Shown here: positions 60,753-64,000 of the stretch, one piece after another
Layout of the letters: every line of letters starts with the position of its first letter
Numbering within the stretch: the first letter of the stretch is position 1
DNA from: Candidatus Wildermuthbacteria bacterium RIFCSPHIGHO2_01_FULL_48_25
GTDB taxonomy: Bacteria; Patescibacteriota; Minisyncoccia; Minisyncoccales; UBA10102
DNA length: 64,000 nt
Assembly (NCBI GenBank): GCA_001823155.1
Contig: MHTR01000001.1
Coordinates: forward strand, 43-64,042
Direction: 5' to 3'
Program-made: the position numbers and the translations under genes
The notes under the pieces: generated by a model
Told to the model about the DNA's origin: nothing
The model's input: the letters and a program-made list of their open reading frames with translations, nothing else
The model's database searches: none

Positions 60753-60779
60753 TGACTCCCTTTGTGCCCTATGATATAT
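60751..60779 (+). promoter_or_regulatory. nusA promoter
   Basis: TTGACT-17 nt-TATATA. The leader hairpin TCCGCT-GGAA-AGCGGA followed by TTTT at 60808-60830 could act as an attenuator. Confidence 0.45.
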
Positions 60780-60855
60780 AGTAAGTACTGGATGAAACGA
60801 TTGAGATGTCCGCTGGAAAGCGGATTTTAAATTCTAACAATACGCGAATACGCGC

Positions 60856-62088
60856 ATGATTGACTTAAAAAATCTCGCATTGCTTGTTGACCACATCTCT
60901 TCTGAAAAAGGATTAGCCAAAGAGGTGGTTTTTGACATGGTTGAGCAGGCCCTGGCTTCCGCGTACAAGAAAGAATACGGAAAGCGCGGCCAGGTTGTTG
61001 TCGCAAAACTCGACCCCAAAACAGGAAAGATAGATTTTTGGCAGGTGCAAACCGTGGTGGATGATTCCATGATTTACTCTGAAGAAGAGCTGGCTGAGCT
61101 GCAGGCCCGCGTGCCAGACGGGCAGGAGAAAAGAGTGATCCTTGAAGAGGAAGAAACTCCAAGCGAAGAAAAGAAGGTGCGTTTCAATCCTGAGCGCCAC
61201 GTTATGGTAGAAGACGCCAAGAAACTGAAAAAGGGAGCAAAGCCGGGAGAGACCATTGAAACAAAACTCCAAACGCACGCTGACTTTGGAAGGATCGCCG
61301 CCCAAACAGGCAAACAGGTTATTCTGCAGAAAATCAGGGAAGCTGAGCGCGACATGATTCTCAACGAGTTCAAGCAAAAAGAGGGAGAGCTTGTCTCGGG
61401 AGTCGTACAGCGCCTGGAAGGTTCCACCGTGCTTATTGATCTAGGAAAAACCTTGGGAGCGCTTCCCCGGGAAGAACAAACCCCAGGAGAGTTTTATCGG
61501 CCAGGCCAGCGCCTGAAGTTCTATGTTTTGCAAGTGCAAGACAGCACGCGCGGCCCGCAGATCATGCTGTCGCGCGCGTATCCCAAACTCATCTCTAAGC
61601 TCTTTGAGTTGGAGGTTCCGGAAATTCAAGGAGGGACCGTTGAGATAAAAGCCATCACAAGAGAGCCGGGTTCCCGTTCCAAGATAGCTGCTTTTTCCTT
61701 AGCAGACGGAGTGGATGCCGTGGGTTCTATGGTGGGTCAAAGAGGAACCAGGGTGACTGCGGTTATCAACGAACTGGGAGGGGAAAAAATCGATGTCATT
61801 GAATACGCAGAAGACCCCAAGAACTTTATCGCAAACGCCCTGTCCCCTGCCAAAGTGGTGGACGTGGAAGTACACGAAAAGAACCGGGCCGTTGCCTTGG
61901 TTGAAGAAGACCAACTTTCGTTAGCCATTGGAAGAGAAGGCCAGAATGTTCGTCTTGCCGCCAAACTGACCGGCTGGAAGATAGACGTGAGAACTCCTGG
62001 AGGGAAAGATGTGTCTTTGGAGGAACCTGCCTCTACTGAAGCCACGGCGCCCGAGGAGGAAGTTGCAGAAGAAAAGAAAGAGGAATAA
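60856..62088 (+). CDS. nusA: transcription termination/antitermination factor NusA
   Basis: N-terminal domain, S1 and two KH domains (GQRGTRV, AIGREGQNVRLAAKLTGWKIDV). Confidence 0.95.
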   Translation: MIDLKNLALLVDHISSEKGLAKEVVFDMVEQALASAYKKEYGKRGQVVVAKLDPKTGKIDFWQVQTVVDDSMIYSEEELAELQARVPDGQEKRVILEEEETPSEEKKVRFNPERHVMVEDAKKLKKGAKPGETIETKLQTHADFGRIAAQTGKQVILQKIREAERDMILNEFKQKEGELVSGVVQRLEGSTVLIDLGKTLGALPREEQTPGEFYRPGQRLKFYVLQVQDSTRGPQIMLSRAYPKLISKLFELEVPEIQGGTVEIKAITREPGSRSKIAAFSLADGVDAVGSMVGQRGTRVTAVINELGGEKIDVIEYAEDPKNFIANALSPAKVVDVEVHEKNRAVALVEEDQLSLAIGREGQNVRLAAKLTGWKIDVRTPGGKDVSLEEPASTEATAPEEEVAEEKKEE

Positions 62089-62105
62089 CATAAAAGAACA
62101 TGAAT

Positions 62106-62235
62106 CCCGTTAGAGATTGCACCTCATCTACTTACAAATACATGATTCCAAGAGCAAGGTACACAACCAGTCTTATGTCTATATCCGTAACCGACGGAAA
62201 CGCTTTGCGTAAAAGCGTTTCCTATCTCTAACGGG
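62106..62235. mobile_element. MITE-like element, copy 2 (130 bp, same TIRs, flanked by duplicated ATGAAT)
   Basis: CCCGTTAGAGAT at 62106-62117 and ATCTCTAACGGG at 62224-62235. ATGAAT at 62100-62105 and at 62236-62241. Subterminal hairpin at 62196-62222. Confidence 0.6.
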
Positions 62236-62817
62236 ATGAATCTCATTCCCACGGTCATTGAGAAATCGCAATACGGAGAACGCGCGTACGATATTTATTC
62301 AAGGCTTCTTAAAGACCGCATCATTTTTTTGGGAGCTCCCATTAACGACATGGTCGCGAACTCCATCATCGCGCAGCTTTTGTTTCTGGCTTCTCGTGAT
62401 TCTACAAAACCCATTCAGTTCTACGTCAACACCCCCGGAGGTTCGGTGACCGCGGGGTTAGCCATTTACGACACCATGCAGTACATCAAGTGCCCGGTGT
62501 CAACGGTGTGCGTTGGCATGGCAGCCTCCATGGGAGCAGTGCTGCTTGGGGCGGGAACCGCGGGAAAACGCTTCGCGCTTCCCAATTCGCAGATCATGCT
62601 CCACCAGGTTGCGGGAGGCGTGACCGGAGAAGCAGTGGAAATTGAAATAACGGCAAAGCAAATAGTAAAGATACGCGAGCGGTTAAACTCCATTATCTCA
62701 AAGCACACCAAGCAATCTCTCGCGAAAGTGGAAAAAGACACTGACCGCGATTTTTACATGACTCCCGAGGAAGCAAAAGCATACGGCCTCATTGATGAGG
62801 TCATTGACGGGAAATAA
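62236..62817 (+). CDS. clpP: ATP-dependent Clp protease proteolytic subunit
   Basis: [33 protein letters not shown], with the catalytic Ser (MAASMG) and His (MLHQ). Confidence 0.95.
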   Translation: MNLIPTVIEKSQYGERAYDIYSRLLKDRIIFLGAPINDMVANSIIAQLLFLASRDSTKPIQFYVNTPGGSVTAGLAIYDTMQYIKCPVSTVCVGMAASMGAVLLGAGTAGKRFALPNSQIMLHQVAGGVTGEAVEIEITAKQIVKIRERLNSIISKHTKQSLAKVEKDTDRDFYMTPEEAKAYGLIDEVIDGK

Positions 62818-62822
62818 TCCCC

Positions 62823-62993
62823 ATGGATGTTCTCATTATTCTTTTCGCGCTTTTTGCCCTCTTTGCGTGTTTTCTTCTTACCTTTGTGCTGCGGGCTTTG
62901 AGTTTGGAGCGGGGCGAAATATTCGCGCTGTTTCTCGTAGCCACTTTGTCTATTGGGATTTCAACTCTCGTTCTCCTCTTTACTGTTGCGTAA
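62823..62993 (+). CDS. possible 56-aa two-TM membrane peptide
   Basis: Hand translation: MDVLIILFALFALFACFLLTFVLRALSLERGEIFALFLVATLSIGISTLVLLFTVA. Below the ORF-track size cutoff. Confidence 0.4.
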   Translation: MDVLIILFALFALFACFLLTFVLRALSLERGEIFALFLVATLSIGISTLVLLFTVA

Positions 62994-63077
62994 AAGTGTG
63001 CTATGAACAAGGTATTAGTCTAGTAACCTTGACCTTTGGATTTGCAATGCACACAGTCCAATCGATCAACATAATCT

Positions 63078-64000
63078 ATGAATCCGTTAACCCTCGCCGC
63101 TCTGGGGGCTCTTGCCTTGGCCCTGGGGCTCGTTTTGGGATATGTCGCAAGGCAGTCGATCGCACGGTCTCGAGCAGGCTCAATTGAGGAGAAACTCAAG
63201 AAGCGCATCGCGGAGGCCGAAGAAACCGCGAAGAAACTCGTAGAAAGCGCCAAGGAGAGGGCGCAGGAAGTATCAGACAAAGCAAAGGCAGCTGAAGACG
63301 AGCGGAGAAAATCTCTGCTGCAAACAGAACAGCTTCTCTTGAAACGAGAGGAGGCTTTCGACAGAAAGCTCTCCGACTTTGACGCGAAAGAAAAGGATTT
63401 GCAACTAAAACGGGAAACGCTCGAGAAAGGAAAAGAAGAACTGGAAAAGGGAAAAGCAGAAGTCATCAAAAAGCTCGAAACCATGGCAGGTCTCTCTGAA
63501 AAAGAGGCCTTGGAGGAGTTGTACCGAAGAACTGAGGAACAGCACGGAAAGGAAATAATGGAACGCATCAAGAAACTGGAAACAGAAGGAGAAACACGGT
63601 TCTTGCAGCGCGCCAAAGAAATCATTGCCTATGCCATTCAGAAGAACGCGGTTCCCCAAACGCAAGAGCTCACCACCACAACCCTGGCGCTTACTTCTGA
63701 AGAGCTCAAGGGGAAAATAATCGGGAAAGAAGGACGGAATATCCGCGCCCTGGAACGGGCCGCGGGAGTTGAGGTCATTGTCGATGAAACTCCTGAAGCC
63801 GTTGTCATATCCGGGTTCGACCCTGTTCGAAGACACGTCGCAAAAGTCGCTTTGGAGCGGCTTATTAAAGACGGCAGGATACAGCCCGCGAGAATTGAAG
63901 AAGAGGTGGCAAAAGCGCAAACAGAGGTAGACCAGCAAATGAAAGAAGCGGGAGAAGCCACGGTGTTCGACCTTGGGATTGTGGGTTTGGACCCGCGGCT
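63078..64000 (+). CDS. rny: ribonuclease Y (3' end lies outside the window)
   Basis: Hand translation: an N-terminal TM (MNPLTLAALGALALALGLVLGYV), a long coiled coil, and a KH motif GKIIGKEGRNIRALE. The frame is open to the window edge, so it is absent from the ORF track. Confidence 0.9.
   Translation, partial: MNPLTLAALGALALALGLVLGYVARQSIARSRAGSIEEKLKKRIAEAEETAKKLVESAKERAQEVSDKAKAAEDERRKSLLQTEQLLLKREEAFDRKLSDFDAKEKDLQLKRETLEKGKEELEKGKAEVIKKLETMAGLSEKEALEELYRRTEEQHGKEIMERIKKLETEGETRFLQRAKEIIAYAIQKNAVPQTQELTTTTLALTSEELKGKIIGKEGRNIRALERAAGVEVIVDETPEAVVISGFDPVRRHVAKVALERLIKDGRIQPARIEEEVAKAQTEVDQQMKEAGEATVFDLGIVGLDPR

Noticed and set aside
63078-63092. The rny start ATGAATCCGTTAACC resembles the left junction of the MITE-like element (ATGAATCCCGTTAGAG).
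   Set aside because: The similarity stops after about 11 nt. There is no matching right terminus downstream, and the ORF continues as a normal RNase Y signal-anchor. This is probably coincidence, or at most a preferred target site.
63020-63961. 201-, 177- and 107-aa minus-strand ORFs at the right end of the window.
   Set aside because: They are Ser/Phe/Cys-rich antisense artefacts of the Lys/Glu-rich coiled coil of RNase Y. RNase Y is open to the window edge on the plus strand and is therefore missing from the ORF track.
1-64000. CRISPR arrays, rRNA genes, transposases, integrases, reverse transcriptases and classic toxin-antitoxin pairs.
   Set aside because: I saw no regularly spaced direct repeats and no rRNA-like sequence. 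None of the translated ORFs shows DDE, tyrosine or serine recombinase, or RT motifs.

Overview
This is a gene-dense bacterial chromosomal segment, about 45-50% GC on hand-sampled lines. It spans the replication-origin neighbourhood, with dnaN-dnaA divergent from rpmH-rnpA-yidC-jag. Most genes are housekeeping: infC-rpmI-rplT, greA, uvrB, ruvA, ruvB-yebC-ruvC, polA, holA, tyrS, PBP1A, rsmA, rpsO/pnp, nusA, clpP and rny, plus five tRNAs. The gene content (PrgI/VirB4 with several TrbC/VirB2-like pilin genes, several TIGR00725/LOG-like proteins, a PaaX/Cas2-fold protein, EndoQ, PolX) and the short genes suggest a CPR/Patescibacteria-type (Parcubacteria-like) genome. That assignment is inference only. 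I saw no rRNA, CRISPR array, transposase, integrase or reverse transcriptase.

Six things stand out:
1. Two copies of a 125-130 bp element with perfect 12-bp terminal inverted repeats. Each is flanked by a duplicated ATGAAT that is the start codon plus second codon of an essential gene (yidC, clpP). Each carries a stop-free uORF that ends on or 4 nt before the real start codon.
2. Four high-GC patches (about 62-80% GC on sampled lines) sit in the lower-GC backbone, each with near-consensus promoters, strong SD sites and intrinsic terminators: 14.7-16.8 kb, 17.5-18.3 kb, 42.1-42.9 kb and 60.3-60.75 kb. One interrupts a T4SS-like operon and one lies just after tRNA-Ala.
3. A type IV secretion-like locus at 37.9-48.4 kb contains a giant pilin fusion and a beta/gamma-crystallin-VirB6-like fusion. 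No relaxase or coupling protein is present.
4. A palindromic 46-bp segment is inserted in frame in the CCA-adding enzyme gene.
5. A LOG-HD-LOG nucleotide-processing cassette lies at 3.1-4.9 kb.
6. An NYN-domain gene is wedged into the rpsO-pnp operon.

All calls rest on motif recognition by eye. No database search was run.
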